Shown one piece after another: positions 12,959 to 26,753 of a stretch of 64,000 nucleotides of DNA. The translations under genes and the position numbers were made by a program. The stretch's first letter is position 1; each line of letters opens with the position of its first letter. Origin of the DNA: Chlorokybus atmophyticus. Lineage: Eukaryota > Plantae > Mesostigma and Chlorokybus algae. Location: positions 1,402,916 through 1,466,915 of the forward strand of contig RHPI01001037.1 of assembly GCA_009103225.1 (NCBI GenBank), in the 5' to 3' direction. The notes under the pieces are model-generated. The model made no database searches, had not been told where the DNA came from, and saw only the letters and a program-made list of their open reading frames with translations.

Positions 12959-13385
12959 CGAGTTGATGCCCGGGCGTGCGCTTTGCCGCACGCTTATGCT
13001 GCGCAGCAGCAAAGTCAGATATCTATTATATGACTCTGATACAACTAGACAGTGTATATCAGCGCAGGTCGTAGACTGCCACGTCCGCTTGTCCGTCAAC
13101 AGAATTGGCGCGAAACTCGCGACGATATCAGTCGTGCAAAAGCGGCAAACAGGCTTCGTGCTCGATATCAAATCTAGCCGGTTGTTGGCACGGTGGCTGA
13201 CGGCGGTGGCGGTGGTGGTGGTGGCGGCGCTGGTGTTGAGGGTACTGTTCTTGCCAAGGTCGTGGCACTTGCCATCAGCACGTTCAGTGTGACCACTGCA
13301 TTACCTTGGCGTGTTCTCCTGTTGGTCGTGCGTTATCGTAGTATAGTTGGTCTAGCAGCAAGGCAGGGAGGGAAACGCAGGCAGG

Positions 13386-15155
13386 ATGAATTCCAATCCT
13401 GGGCTGGAGCAGATGAATGCGGGGCAGTTCAAAGAGCGGATGGGAGCGCTGGCCTTCGGCAATGTGTTAGGTGCCGCTGCTCGAGACTACAAGAAGGTGC
13501 TGCTTAGTGGCATTGCATTGTTCTATAAATTGTACTGCGACTCAGTACACAGTTTTGAAATCGACCGTTATTTGCTTTGCGCTGGCATCGCTATACACAA
13601 TGTGATTTCGTGCATTGTATCGGCTTTTCTCAATTGGCAGGGCCTGCTGCAGTGTTGCCAATGTAACCGTTGTCCCCAGTGATGACCGCATTGACTAGAG
13701 CATTGATCATAGAAACAGTAATGTCGTTTAGAAGTCACAGTCTTGTTATGCAAGTGCGTAATTCAATGAAAGCACGCACACGCGGTCAGTAGCTGTTGGG
13801 TTCAATTGGTGCTCTCTGATAATACTGCAACCTAGCAGCTGACACAGCGCTATGTCCGATATGATGGCAGGAGCTGGAAGCACAAGAAAAGAAGCAGAAG
13901 CAAAGCAATGGCTATCAGGAACTGGACATGGACGAGCTCGCAGATGTAAGCGCAATCTTGTCCGCCACATAACAGGATATTCTTGTTAGTACATGCTGAT
14001 GAGGCGTCTTACACTTGAACTTCTCGTGACACATTGTGTTGCCAAATGTGGTGTTGCTAAACCTGGTCTGAATCCGCAATGTTTGACTTGTTTGTCTTGC
14101 TTCAAGCAAGTTGCTATAAAAATTTCAGTTGCTAACATGTGTTGTGACACAGGACCCTGAGTTGGAAAGGCTCCACAGAGACCGCATAATGTCCTTGAAG
14201 GTAGTGACATGCCTTGGCACGCTTGCCATTGTGACAGTGTGCTACTGCTAGTTGTCCGCTGCTGGTATGCACCTGACAGACACCAGTGTGCAGAAAGAAG
14301 CAGAGAAAAGGGTTGCTTTGCAACAGAAAGGGCATGGAGAACTGCGCACGGTACAACCTGTTGTTCTGACCATATTGCGCATGTTCAGATGCATTTTGCC
14401 AATTGACTTGACTGTCCTGGTCGCTGTTGATGCACTACCTACGTGCATCTTGTGAGCAAACAATCTGGTTGAGGTCTCACGTCTTGTTTAGGTGGATGAG
14501 CCCGACTTCCTGGGCGAGGTAACCGGCAGCCAGCTAGTTGTAGCCCACTTCTTTCATGACGAGTTCCCGCGATGCAAGTGAGTGCTACACACCTAGGCGC
14601 AAGTTGTTGTATGGAAGCAGTACAGCCGAACCAATATCTGCTGTCAGGATTGTGGACAAGCACCTTACAGTACTCGCGCCGAAGCATTTTGGTACCAAGT
14701 TCATCAGGATAGATGTGCAGAAGTCGCCGTTCTTTGTGACCAAACTTAACGTCAAGGTGCTTCCATGTGTGGTGCTCTTCAGGTAAATGTTGCTGTGCAT
14801 CATTCGCCAACAACACTTGTGATTGCGCGAGATGCTTACTGACATGCGTCTCATGACCAAACAGCAATGGAGTGGCTATTGACCGGATAGTTGGGTTTGA
14901 AGAGCTTGGCGGGCGAGACGACTTCCCAACAGAAGTGATGGAGAGGAGACTCACTGTTAAAGGTGAGCGTGTTGCACATCAGGCATGTGCTTGTTATAGG
15001 TTGTTGTCGTGAACGCTAATCTTCGTTTCATCGTGTTGTTAGGTTTGGTGCAGTTGAAACAGAGCGCTGGAGAGGATGACAATGACGATGGCGCGCAAAG
15101 ACGATCGGTTTACACATCAAAAGATCCAGATGATGAGGACTCAGACTTTGACTAG
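13386..15155 (+). CDS. TXNDC9: Phosducin-like protein 3 / thioredoxin domain-containing protein 9 homologue (8 exons)
   Basis: Exons joined by GT-AG introns give ...LAFGNVLGAAARDYKK/ELEAQEKK...LDMDELAD/DPELERLHRDRIMSLK/KEAEKRVALQQKGHGELRT/VDEPDFLGEV...HFFHDEFPRCK/IVDKHL...PFFVTKLNVKVLPCVVLF/...DRIVGFEELGGRDDF.../...DEDSDFD*, which matches plant PLP3. Confidence 0.93.
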
Positions 15156-15806
15156 CTAATGCTCAATTAGCAGTAATGGTACATATGTTTCAAGATTGTA
15201 AATGGTGATGATGATGCTTTCAGGACTTGCAATTAGCAGCACACAGTTTTCCACGAGCAGGTATGCTTACTGACTGTGCCACCTCACAAAGTAACTCCCT
15301 TGAAAGCTTGTCTATATTCACACATACAAACATCGCTTGATGTTTGGCTTACACTTGAACACACTTCACAAAACATTGGAGGGGAGAAGAATATACATAA
15401 GACAGAAGCACAGGATATTCCGCGCACTGAGCGTACAGTGTATCGTATAGATGGTGCATGGCACACAATGCGCAGCGTATGCCAGCACTCACTCAAGACA
15501 TGCACAACCAGTTGCCATCCGCATGCAGCTGCCAGTCATACTCTCTCGCGCGACAATTCGGAGATGACCAACCAACAAAGGAAGAGACGCCAGTACTTCA
15601 CACGCAATCAGCTTTGCGGCACTACGCAGCACGCAAGTTTGCAAGCATGCCGACGCCATCATCGTCCCACACACAAGCCCAGCGGCGGCGGCGAGGCTGG
15701 TGACCGGCGGCGGCGGAAGCGTTGTGCTTGCGCTAGATCGTCTTGGACACGACACGACAGAACTACTTCTCATCTAGTATAGATAGTAACCTGGGGATCA
15801 GGGGAG

Positions 15807-18800
15807 ATGGACTTCCTGGAGTACTTGGGGTCCCTGCCGGCGCTGAAGCTGGACCGCCTGTATGCCTCGCACTGGACCTGCCAGGCGCTGCTGCGGTAAG
15901 AGACCCACAGAGCACACCAGGTTTTGAGCGCCAGCAGGCTTACTTTTGCTGCTGACTCTCACAGGCTTGCATGATCGGTCAGGTTGTATAACACAATGCG
16001 TTCTATACTGAAACACTCACTCGTCATCAGCTGCGTAGCTCTTGCGCATTTCACACACCCATTCTTGCAATCAACGTGCTTTTGCGTGAGATGCTCAAGG
16101 CACGCGTCCACACTCCCTCACCTTTCCCCTTGTCTTTTCCTTTGCCATGATCACGTCAGTCATAAGCGCTGGAGTTGAACATTGCATGCAAACAATCGCC
16201 CCAAAAAAACTCACTGCAGACAGCAACTCGATACACAATCTGACGCTCTCTGTGCAGCTTTGTTGCAAGCACTGCATGTGCTGCGCCCTCTTGCGCATGA
16301 CACGCTCATCACTGAAACCCAACAACTAACTCCCCACCTCCTACACCTCCAACTAGCTAGTCTTTTCCCCACCCCAACCTCACATCATCAGGTCTCTTCC
16401 CCCCCTCGCCAAGCAGTACGTCCTCCGTCTCCTTTTCGTGGACGCGAGTCTGCCAGCACGCACGCTGCAAGACTGGGCGCAGCCGACCGCCGCCGCAAAG
16501 CACCGCGCCGCCCTGGATCGACTGAGACAGCTGAGGGTGCTGCTGGAAGAGAAGGGAGGAGACAAGGATAGGTGAGTGGTGGGGGGTGGATGTGTGGGTG
16601 GGGGGGGGGGGTGGGGGGGTAGGTGTGCTTGTGACGTGTGTGTGTGACACAACTGGTTACTATTACCATGTGCGCGTGTTGTGTTGGTATTAGGCATGTT
16701 TGCGTGCATGCGTGTGTGTGCGCATGACACGGTTGGTGTCTACTACCAAAACAACACGTGTACGCTTGAGTGCATGTGGATGTGTGTGGCACACCGTTGG
16801 TGGCTATAAAGACAAAACAATCTGTGTATCCAACCATGACAGGGCTGGGAAAGGTGGCGTGAGCTATCGACTGAACCCTGCGTTTCAAACGCAATTGCGG
16901 CGTGCGTTGTCCAGCAGGTGAGAGAGGAAAAGAAAAGAAGCTCTGGGTTAAAAGGTTGGTTGTGGTCTGTTGCATGCGCTCATGACGTCTTTGCTGCTCG
17001 TATAGTTGTGTAATTGCGTGCAGCAATGTCTCGCGCACGCGCAAGCGCACACTCATGCGTGCGCGTATGCGCATGCACATTGTTTGTGTTGGGCTGCTTG
17101 CGGATGCGGTTAACACATCGCGTTCACAGCACGGGCCCGCCTGAAGTGCAGCTCCCCCCTTCTGTGGCGAAGAGGTTGCCGACAGTGGAGGAGCTGGACG
17201 CGTACGCACTGCAGCAATGGGAGGTGAGGTGAATGAATGCATCATGTGCTGGTTGAAGTGAGGTTACACCAAGCAACATGTAGTCTACTTGCAGGCAGTG
17301 CTCCTCCATCTTGTTTCATCTGGAGCGCCGGCAGTTGGCCAGCTCGGGAGCACGAAGCTGCCGGCTGCCATGCGTTCGCACGTGAGCCAGACTTTCATGC
17401 GCGCGGGGCTCATGTAAGCTGGCTGTGTGGCAGTTGTATTGCTATCACCGCGTCATTGGATGTGGGTGTTGAGAGTTGTTGTGTTGTTGTAGGGATAAAG
17501 AGCGCGGGAGCATCACGGATAGCGGCTTCCGTTTTCTGGTAAACAGCAGGTTGTGATGTTGTGTGACCATGTGCTTTAGCGGGACAGCAACGATGTTTAC
17601 TGATGTATCCTGATGTGTGCTGCAATGGCAGTTGCTGGATATATTCGCACAGCTGTGGCAGCTGATACACGAGTATGTCACCACCGCTGAGGTACTGCCA
17701 ATAATGGCTCTGGTGCTGATGATTTGTACACGATAGCGCACCCACAACACAAGCAAGTTGGGTGTGGCTGTTGCACCCAAGTGTTGTGTTTGCATGTATC
17801 TCACCAGCCTGCTGTGTGACGTTTTCAACAATATACCCATGGCTTGTTACTACAAATGCAGGGCCGAGGCATGGACGCCGCGCAGGTCATCTCCTTCTTC
17901 TTGGAGCTGAGCTTCCAGACCCCAGGCCAGGTCATATGTACGCCAGACCATAACAAGCATGCACGTACATGCATATGCACACACATGTACACACACACTT
18001 ACACACGCGCCCAGACATAAATTCGCACACACGCGCGCATGCACGCGTACTAGACACGCGCAAGCGCGCATGGGAGCGCGCATACAGACATATGCACACG
18101 CACGCATCCACGCACGCACGCACGCACGCACGCGTACTTCCACTCGCATGCGCGCAGTCACGAAACAAGCCTGTGGCTGAACATGCTTCGTCACTTTATG
18201 CAAACAGGCGCATGCAATTGATTCGCTCAGTCCCGAACAGCAGCGAGTTGTTGAAGAGGTGGCTTCGTTGGGCCTTGTATATACTCTCAAGGTCAGTTGT
18301 AGTCTCGAACACTGCGTTTGATTGCTTGCATCAGTGACAACCATGTGATAGGCGTCGTTTTTCTCATGGGCAAACAGTATGTACTATTCCTGTACGCAGA
18401 AGTGTCCAGTCAAGCCCACAACCTGAGTACTTGTGGTTGTTATGACACCCAACTCATGCTGTGACAGCTATGTCATACTGGTGGCAAGTGCAGCTTTGGA
18501 TGTTGCATGGCATGCATCTGCTGTCAATCAGGAAGAATGCGTCGCATTACCGGAGCTGTCATGCTCAGATGTAAGCATGAGTAGAAGTGTTTGCTGGTTG
18601 TAAGCTTTCCATGAACTTGCAGGCCAACGACGGGCAGCGGTGGTACTTACCCACGCGGTTGGCATCCAACTTGTCTGCGGGTTTATCCTCCTCCTCCTCC
18701 TCATCATCTGGTGGCGGCGCGTGGCAGGCTGCGGAGGGATTCATCGTGGTGGAGACCAACTACCGCGTGTACGCCTACACGGCGTCGGCGGTTCAGATGG

Positions 18801-19520
18801 CGGTGCTGCGCCTCTTCTGCAAGATCGACTACCGACTGCCCAATGTGGTCGTCGGATCCGTCACGCGAGACAGCGTGCGCTCCGCACTTGGGTGCGGCAT
18901 CTCTGCGGCGCAGATTATTGAATACCTGCAGAAGCACGCCCACGCACAGGTGCGCTTGGGTGTCACACAACAATGTGACACAACGCCATTGTCTGGAGTA
19001 CTTAACATTCTGTGCTGGTGTGCTTACAGTGTGTTGCCGTTCATATGGTCTCAACTGTTTGCTCTGTTTGCTTTACATGAGCATGCACATGCGCTATTGT
19101 GTGTGCATGAAGTTGTCTATGGGCATGTTGCTTTCATGTTGCTGTACACACTGCCTTGACTACTAGTGCGCTGATGTTAAGGTGTAGCATTGTATGCTCA
19201 TGCACACGACCAGTTGGGTGCATACGATTGTAACATGTGTGTTTGGGTCCACGCAGGTGGCTGACAGGACGCCTGCGGTGCCTGAGACGGTTGCCGACCA
19301 GATCCGTTTGTGGGAGTACGACATGCAGCGCGTGCGTCAGTACCCGGCGCAGATGTACGAGGACTTCCCCTCGCCGGAGGTGTTCGACGCGGTCGTCGCC
19401 CACGCCCGCGACGCCCTCGGAGTCCTACTCTTCCATGATGCAGCCAAACGACGACTTGTCGTACACGCCACCGCACACCCGCAGATGCGCGCGTTCATCG
19501 CCAAGTTCACAAAACGGTAA
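15807..19520 (+). CDS. GTF2H4: TFIIH subunit p52/Tfb2 (multi-exon)
   Basis: Exons include MDFLEYLGSLPALKLDRLY, SLPPLAKQYVLRLL, YRLNPAFQ, LPTVEELDAYALQQWE, QLWQLIHEY, VISFFLELSF, GFIVVETNYRVYAYT, RLFCKIDYRLPN and VPETVADQIRLWEYDMQR...QMRAFIAKFTKR*. Confidence 0.95.
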
Positions 19521-20554
19521 TGTTGTGTCAACCAGTTGGGAAACATCATTCAGTGTTGTGTCCATCAGCCAGGAAGCTACACCATGTTGGCGCGGATGCG
19601 CTGATGGTGTTCAGTCAGTCGGACAAGCAAGTGAGGCGCAAAGCAAGAGTAGTAGTTGCTTGCTTGTGACGAGGTCACATTTAGCATAGTTGGTTCATTG
19701 GACTGACACAGTCCATTGGTACCTGCTTGCACGTTTGCACAATTAGAAGCAGCCTACTGGCTGTAGTATTGCACAAACCGGTAGTAAGTTAATCATGGAT
19801 GATGGCGGCTACATGTTACTTTAGGCTCTGCCCTGCTGGTGTGTGTGCGCGCTATGTTCGCTGCCATGGACTACCCTTTGATTGGGAGCTTCTAGTATAT
19901 ACTTTGAACGATGATACGCATGCACTGTTTGAGTGGAGTAACTCCACTCGGACAGTGCAAGCTTGGACATTGTCTAGTCAAGCGTGAGCTGGTTGCCACT
20001 CGAGGATGCGTCTTGGATAACATACAGAAGTGTCTACGTGTATTCTAGCAGAGGCTTATATCATCACAATTCACAACTAAGTGAGTTTGTAGAGTACATT
20101 TATAACTCACACAATGTTAGCTGTCATAGGTCAAGAACTTTATGCAGCAGGTGCGGGGCCCGACGACTGTGTCTGCAAATTTTGCAAGTGGCATGTGTCA
20201 CACACCAGCGCATAGCAAATTGTGTACAAGATTGTGTCCATGAGTACAAAGATATCTCCCATTCGTTCTGGGGACAATGTTTGACATGTGCATTGGTACG
20301 ACACACAAGCTTGCACTGGGTGAACAATCCAGCAGTAACATGCATGTTCGCGTGGCATATTCGCAACGAAGCAATCAGACATTGCGTATGGGGAAGAACC
20401 TGTTTTGCACATTTATACACAGCCGTCCAGTACAGCTGAAAAATGCTAGGCTACGCTCTATGGCAGGCTCTTAACAGCCTGAAACTACTCTCTAAACACA
20501 GCCGAGAGCAACTACCACACATCAGCTGTTGCGGATATGTACAAAAACTCCAAT

Positions 20555-21077
20555 CTAGTTGTCCTCTTCCGGAGGCATGATCTTGTCCTTGGCAGCCTTT
20601 GTCTCATCAGCGGCCTCATCATCTCCCGCAGCACGCTAATAAAAACAAGACAAAGTCAGCATTCAGCATCCTCATAATAAAGAAGCCACAGTCTGTAATG
20701 CAGCTGCTGAGGAACAGGAAAGCGGCATTGACTGACCTGGGCCATCTCCTTGACTGTCTGGCCACCCTTGGTGCCCATCTCAACGTAGCCATCGTGGCCA
20801 AGCTGCTCTGCACGAGCACGGCCACCCTTCTGCTCACAAAGCAAGTGGTTCAGTCTCACATCACAACGTTCTCATACAACAAAACACATGGGCGCCAGTG
20901 TGTGAGAGGTTAAGGAGCAAAGGCATTGCAATCCTGATTAAGAGTGTAAGTGCATGGTTGTAAACATGCGCTTACCGGGCCTCCAATCTGTCCTCCCCTG
21001 GAGCCTCCTGCGCGGATTCTCTCCATTGGGTCGGAGCTGTTGGGGTCTCCTACGCGTGGCTGCACCTCATCGGCCAT
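20555..21077 (-). CDS. Group 1 LEA (Em-like, LEA_5) small hydrophilic protein, paralog 1; exons 20976-21077, 20737-20829, 20555-20635; 91 aa
   Basis: Spliced product MADEVQPRVGDPNSSDPMERIRAGGSRGGQIGGP-KGGRARAEQLGHDGYVEMGTKGGQTVKEMAQ-RAAGDDEAADETKAAKDKIMPPEEDN* contains the Em 20-mer (GG..R.EQLG..GY.EMG.KGG). Phase-0 GT-AG introns; TATATA at 21327-21332. Confidence 0.88.
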
Positions 21078-21869
21078 GGCTCTTCTGGACTTGCTTTCAA
21101 ATGCTCACAAACACCTGCTCGACAGCACAAGCCATCAATGACCACTCAACAACAGGCAATGCCGTGTCTTACACTTCCGACACATGCACACACACATGGG
21201 CATGGGCATGGGCATGGGGCTGGGCATGGGCATGGGCATGGTGCCTCACCTTGGGTTGGGTCACGCAGTGCAAGCTCGACTCAGCTCAACTTGAAACACT
21301 GACCGTTGCAGGGCGGTGCGGCATACTATATACCGCGGCTAGCGGGGCGGCAGGCGGCCCCCCTGGCTTGGCAGCCATGTCATCCGCAGCGTAGCGGATG
21401 ACATGGCCACCATCAAGCATACGCGCCGCTGCCAGCTGGCGCGGGCGAGTCCAAACGCAGAGGATTGACCCCCCGCCATGTCAGCTCCCTGCATGGCGCC
21501 ATGCAATGCTAGGCATTGTGATCATGGTTTGATGTTGGTGGCTCCACTCTCAGGGGCCACAAGTTTGAGGTGACGAGCGGGGGACGTAATCGGAGCCGTC
21601 GGGTACGCGATCCGCTGCGACGAGGACGCCCCGCGTTACGTGGGGGAATCCGCGCAGCGATTCGCGGCTAGCGCGCGCCCGGATTCCGGCTTACGCGCGC
21701 GCGCGTGGGTGGGTGACCAATTGATGCGTGGGCGCATACTTACGCGTTGTCGCGCCCCCCTAGAACAGTAGAAGGATGTCACAAACGAGGGCGCGCGCGG
21801 AGAAGTATCTCGCACGCCGCATGTTCTGTCGAATACGATACAACCCTTGCACACACCCCGGCAAAATCA

Positions 21870-22010
21870 ATGAGGGGTGTCACATAACGGGATCAAATAA
21901 AGTATAAAAGGGGGGTGACCAAAAAAGCCCCCCCCCCCTCTCCCCCCCCTCGAAAGTTCACAAGGGGTGTTGTAATCCGGGGGGTATTAGCAAATTAAGG
22001 TAGGTAAATG
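21870..22010 (-). mobile_element. Isolated terminus related to the outer pogo-like element
   Basis: The reverse complement contains GGCTTTTTTGGTCACCCCCCTTTTA and ACACCCCTCATTGATTTTGC, similar to 42099-42190 (GGCTTTGTTTGACACCCCCCTTTTA, ACACCCC..CTCATTGCGTTTGC). It ends in TA-CCTTAATTTGC, similar to TA-CCGTATTTGC. No partner end was found. Confidence 0.45.
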
Positions 22011-24265
22011 TTTGTTTAATACGATACTAGCGCAATACGCGTTCGTTTATTACGATTTTTAATTTGTTGGACAGTCTTTGTTAAGCATATCCTCTATTAC
22101 GACTCTGCATTTGCATGCACCATCCAGCTTATCTCATACGCAGCACCGACATCAAAAGCATTTTTATAGTACGTGAACCTATCATAATGGTTTATGTGTT
22201 AGTGCCTTTATACCATAAGGGTATATGTTTAAATTTTGCATTACCCACACATCTGAGCTACACTTTTTACGTATCAACCGCCCCATACTGCGAAGGGCAC
22301 TATCCGTCAGTGTTTGCTTTTATTCTGATCCCACAACACATGCGAACTTGGGTACCTAATTGGCTAAGTCGCGAAATTGACGCTGACAAAGACGCCTTAC
22401 CCTATGCTCATTCGTCCACCCCATTTCGCGGCTTCATTTTCATATATGGTTGTCTCACGTCTCATAAAGCCCTTATGGGTAACAAAACTGCGGTAGTTGA
22501 TTGCACCATTTTGCACAAGCTTATGTGAGATCTTAATTGAAATGCAAGCCCCGCGTTGATATGCCATGCAAGGATCCACCTATGAAATATTAGAGGATAT
22601 GTTGCTCCCCCTTTATCATGCCGACAATACATTCAGATTTGCAAAACCGGCGCGAGCATATCAATTTCCATGCTTCTTCAAAGCATCTTGCGTAGTAACA
22701 TCGTGTTCACCGTCATTTGACTCATGGAATTGATGATTCCAAGTTAAAATGTGGCTTACTTAAATATATGCCGGAAAGTTAGATTGTTTATATTTTACTT
22801 TGTAAAAGCTCACAATAGCTCTTTCGAACCTGGCTTAGGACGTTGCAGTCAGCTTCCGGTCTTCAATGACACATTTTAAATGTACATTATGTGCCGGCAT
22901 TGATTAACCATAAGAAATAGTTTAAACATGTTTGTCGAGTCACAAATATCCTTGAATATATATAAATATGAAATCATTTAATAAGCATTGCCTATATATA
23001 AGTAGTCTCAAATTGGCTTGAATGCGGGTAGACAAGCGTTCCACTCACATATTTACCACCAACCTTGCACTCGCCTTCACTTACCTAAACTGTATATCAA
23101 GCCGTAGGTTGATGATATCTTAACATGCCCTCCACCACATGTATGTATAATTGCAAAGGTCAGAAGTTGTATGGGGTGGAGTATAGGGTACGTTTCGGTT
23201 AACGCTCATGTGCTTTAAGTAAAAGCGCAATTGCTCAAGGACCAATCAAGCATGCAATTCCCCTCCCCCACCCCTTTCTTCCACTTTTTTATCTAGCTAG
23301 CGCACATAATTTGTGTAGAAGGCCCCCCACCCTGTTGTTTATTGTGCTTTGCTGCTACCCTTGCCCATATAACGCCATTTGCCTTGCCTCGAATCCTGGC
23401 CCATGTGTTGTGTCTTATACGATGCCGCGTTGTATGCTATTGGCAGTGCGTGCGTGTATCTGTGTACTTCCATTAGTATACCATGGCCTCAGGTTGTGTA
23501 AGAAACCACACCCTAATTGTCGGCATCTCGAAATGCATATCAAAAAACGAAAAAGATAGCGCATGTAAATCATTAATTGGTTGTAGCACTATTTGAAGTT
23601 GCACAATGTAAGTGCATACCGATGGTATGTATATGGTATACAAGTGCACACAACCTAATGATATACAATATACAACAAAACCATATACATACCGCAGCAC
23701 AAGAGTCGGTGCAGCGTGTCTAGCTCGCTAGCACAAGCAACACTATGCAAAGGATCGCAAGGTAGTGCGCACACGCACACACACACGAGCGTGGCAATTG
23801 TCCTGCCAGCCTCACTCCATCGCCAGAGCCGCAAGCGCCGCATCCGCCTCTGCTGTCGGTGGGTTAGCGGGCACTGGCGCCCAACCCAGCATGGCTGCCC
23901 CACGATGCGTAATGTTCAGCGCCTGTGCCGTGTCATATACAAAGCAAGGCAAGGCAGCATGCTGTTCGGACGAGACATTTTCAAAGATCGTGACTGGGCG
24001 GGATACATTACATTTTCTTGCAATTTGATAGTCCAAGACGTAATCAACAGACATTGCCAATTCAAAGCTAGTATGTAAGTGAAATCGCACCTTCAGCTAA
24101 GATTGCGAATGTCACGTGTAAGTCACAACTGCCACACAAAGCACATTGTGTGTGGCCTCTATCCATGGTTGACGCAACCCTCAACTTCCACGAGTAGCGT
24201 CAGTAGTTTGAGAAAGCTGATAAACACACAAGCGCAGGAATCCTGCATGCATCAATTGCTCAAGC

Positions 24266-26673
24266 TTAAGGCGTTGCCGTCTCGCTGTTGAATGTGCTTT
24301 GATCAACTTCACTGCGATACTTAACAGCAGCGAGGTACAAGCCATGAGCTGGCGCCATCGGCTGCGTCATCGCACCCTCCTGCTTTTCTTCCAGCACCCT
24401 TCTGACTGCACACGCAAGATAGGACAATAAGTATGTGTACACCTTGCACGGCCTATTATGTTAACCACACCTTCAGCACTTGCCTAGGAGACTTACAGTC
24501 AATGCACAGCAGGCAGGCAGAGACTGCATGTGCTGTGCGGACTGCGTGTTGAACAGAGTGTGTGTCCAGTTAGCAAGCATGCAAGACCGAATAGGGTGCA
24601 AGTTACCATACCGTCATCAACGGACATGGCTCCGGCACCAACTGCTCTCAGTGCGCCAGCCATTATTCGGACCTGTTGCGTAGCATACAACATGCACTTG
24701 AGTACGCGAGTACTATGAAGGGTAAAAATGTGCAAACAACAGCTATGTGTGCTTGTGCATAAAGTGTCCGTGCAACCTGGCAAGCATGACCTAAAATGCA
24801 GTTACAAAGGCCGTTTATGTGCTGGCACCTGATGATACAGGAATGAGCGTGCGCGCGCGGTGATGACAAACTCTAAGGCGCCTTCTTCGCGCATGTGGGC
24901 ATCAGGATGGAAATGCGGCCACGCTGGGATCGCATGCACGCTCAGGCCATCCAATGTACGCATCGCAGAAGTTGCCTGCAACGTGAAAGGATAAGTTGCA
25001 CAAATGCATCACCAGCCAACACACACACAACACTCCTGTGAACCATCTACTCGACTCGATGCTTGTGGATAGCTAGTTGAGTGGCGCACAGCGCAAACTG
25101 CACCTGGCAACCGGAGCCTCGGAAGGATGAGAAGTCATGATGGCCAACAAGCACCTTGCAGGCCTCCTGAGCACAATGCGCAAATGAGTTGTTGGTCATC
25201 GGGTACGATGCAGTTAGTAGTGTGTGCATTCGTCTGTCTAAGTTACTTGCATGGCAGGAAGCGAGAGCTGCGTTGGGACGTGCCATGCACGCTCCCGCTC
25301 AAACACTGGACACATCTGAGACCCAGAGACTATGCGGTATAGGTACCTGGAAACATAAAATGTACGGCCATTCAACGGATGTCACAGAGTTGAAAAACAT
25401 AAAGACAGAGCAAACTTCAGTTAGTTCACACATCAGCAAAGGCTTTGTGTGACTACAATGGTGTTGCAACGGTTGCATGGAATGAGCGCATTGTATACAC
25501 ACATCCACACACATGCAAGCATACTCCAGAGTTTGAAGCTTACGTGCGTCCTTGCGCCCAGAAGCGTGAGTGGAACTCGCTCGGCACTGCCTTCACCCCA
25601 ACAATGCGCACGTCGTGCGCGTCACTTTTCTTATGGCAGTAAGGACTTTAGTTAGCCCGAACCTCACCAAGTGCGTGTGCCATGTTGTACACTCTTTACC
25701 AAGACATACCGCGATGAAGTGGTTCAATGCTTTGTGTATTGTCCCCGGTTCAAATGGTGGCAACTGCAGTAGCACGAGCAGTGAATGACCGAACAACAAC
25801 TACAGCCCTGCATCAATGTTTGATGGTTCTGTCAAGGGACTTTAAGCGCACCGCTTCGTTGGGTTTGCGATGACTTGTGCGCCTGATGTCAACGTGGCCG
25901 GTGTTGCCCAAAGCATGGACACCCGCATCCTAGCAAGCGCATGCAGCTACTTAACAGCAAACCAACTTGCATAATTGCTGAAGCAACGAAAAAGTATAAG
26001 CTACACTGCCACGTACTGTGCGGCTGGAGCCAGCGAAAGTCACCGGCTCTTTAGTGAACTGCTGCAACGCATCCTATCCATAGACACACAAGTTAATGGA
26101 ACTGGACTATACATGGCCCATAACAAACTAATGATGCAACATAAGCAACACTGATCAATGTCACGCGTACGCACCTCAAGGACTTGCTGGACGGTGCGTC
26201 CACCAGGCTGCTTCTGTGACCCGCAAAATTGGGTGCCAATGTATTCCACGGTCAGCAAGTACCGCTGCAATGCGCTCGGGTGCAACGCCTTGTTGACCAT
26301 CTCTGCAAGGTACACAATCAGGCACTTTTGACTAGACAATGCTTCTGTGTATGACGCAAGTCTGACGTAACTGCGCTCAACAATGCTTCTGTGCATTGCA
26401 TTACTGTGTGCATGCATGGCACGCCAAACATGCAGCATTGCGTGCAAGCAACAGCAGGAAGCTCTACTGCAACTAGAAGTACAGTTGCTCAAACCCTCAG
26501 TGTAGCAGTGAGCATGCCAAACGAGAGTTGAGCAGCCAAGCCAAGCCTGCGCTTGGCATACCGTCAGCGTCTGTGGCTGCTGCGTCAAGGGGCAAGCCGT
26601 CTCCTGCCTGCTTCGATCCCACTTTCTGAGCGCCAGCTGCTTCACTGCGCTTGCGCTTCTTAGCATCCCTCAT
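24266..26673 (-). CDS. truA: tRNA pseudouridine synthase, TruA family (multi-exon; N-terminal KKRKR NLS-like motif)
   Basis: Exons give RYLLTVEYIGTQFCGSQKQ, FAGSSRT/DAGVHALGN (catalytic Asp motif split by an intron), EFHSRFWAQGRT/YLYRI, LVGHHDFSSFRGSGC, ARSFLYHQ/VRIMAG and MAPAHGLYLAAVKY. The start codon is uncertain. Confidence 0.92.
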
Positions 26674-26753
26674 CAGCACTGCCTTTACTCCAAGCAGCAG
26701 CGCAAGGCGTCTTAGTTGAATGCTCCTGCCTGCCTCAACCTGGTCCTGTTAGT

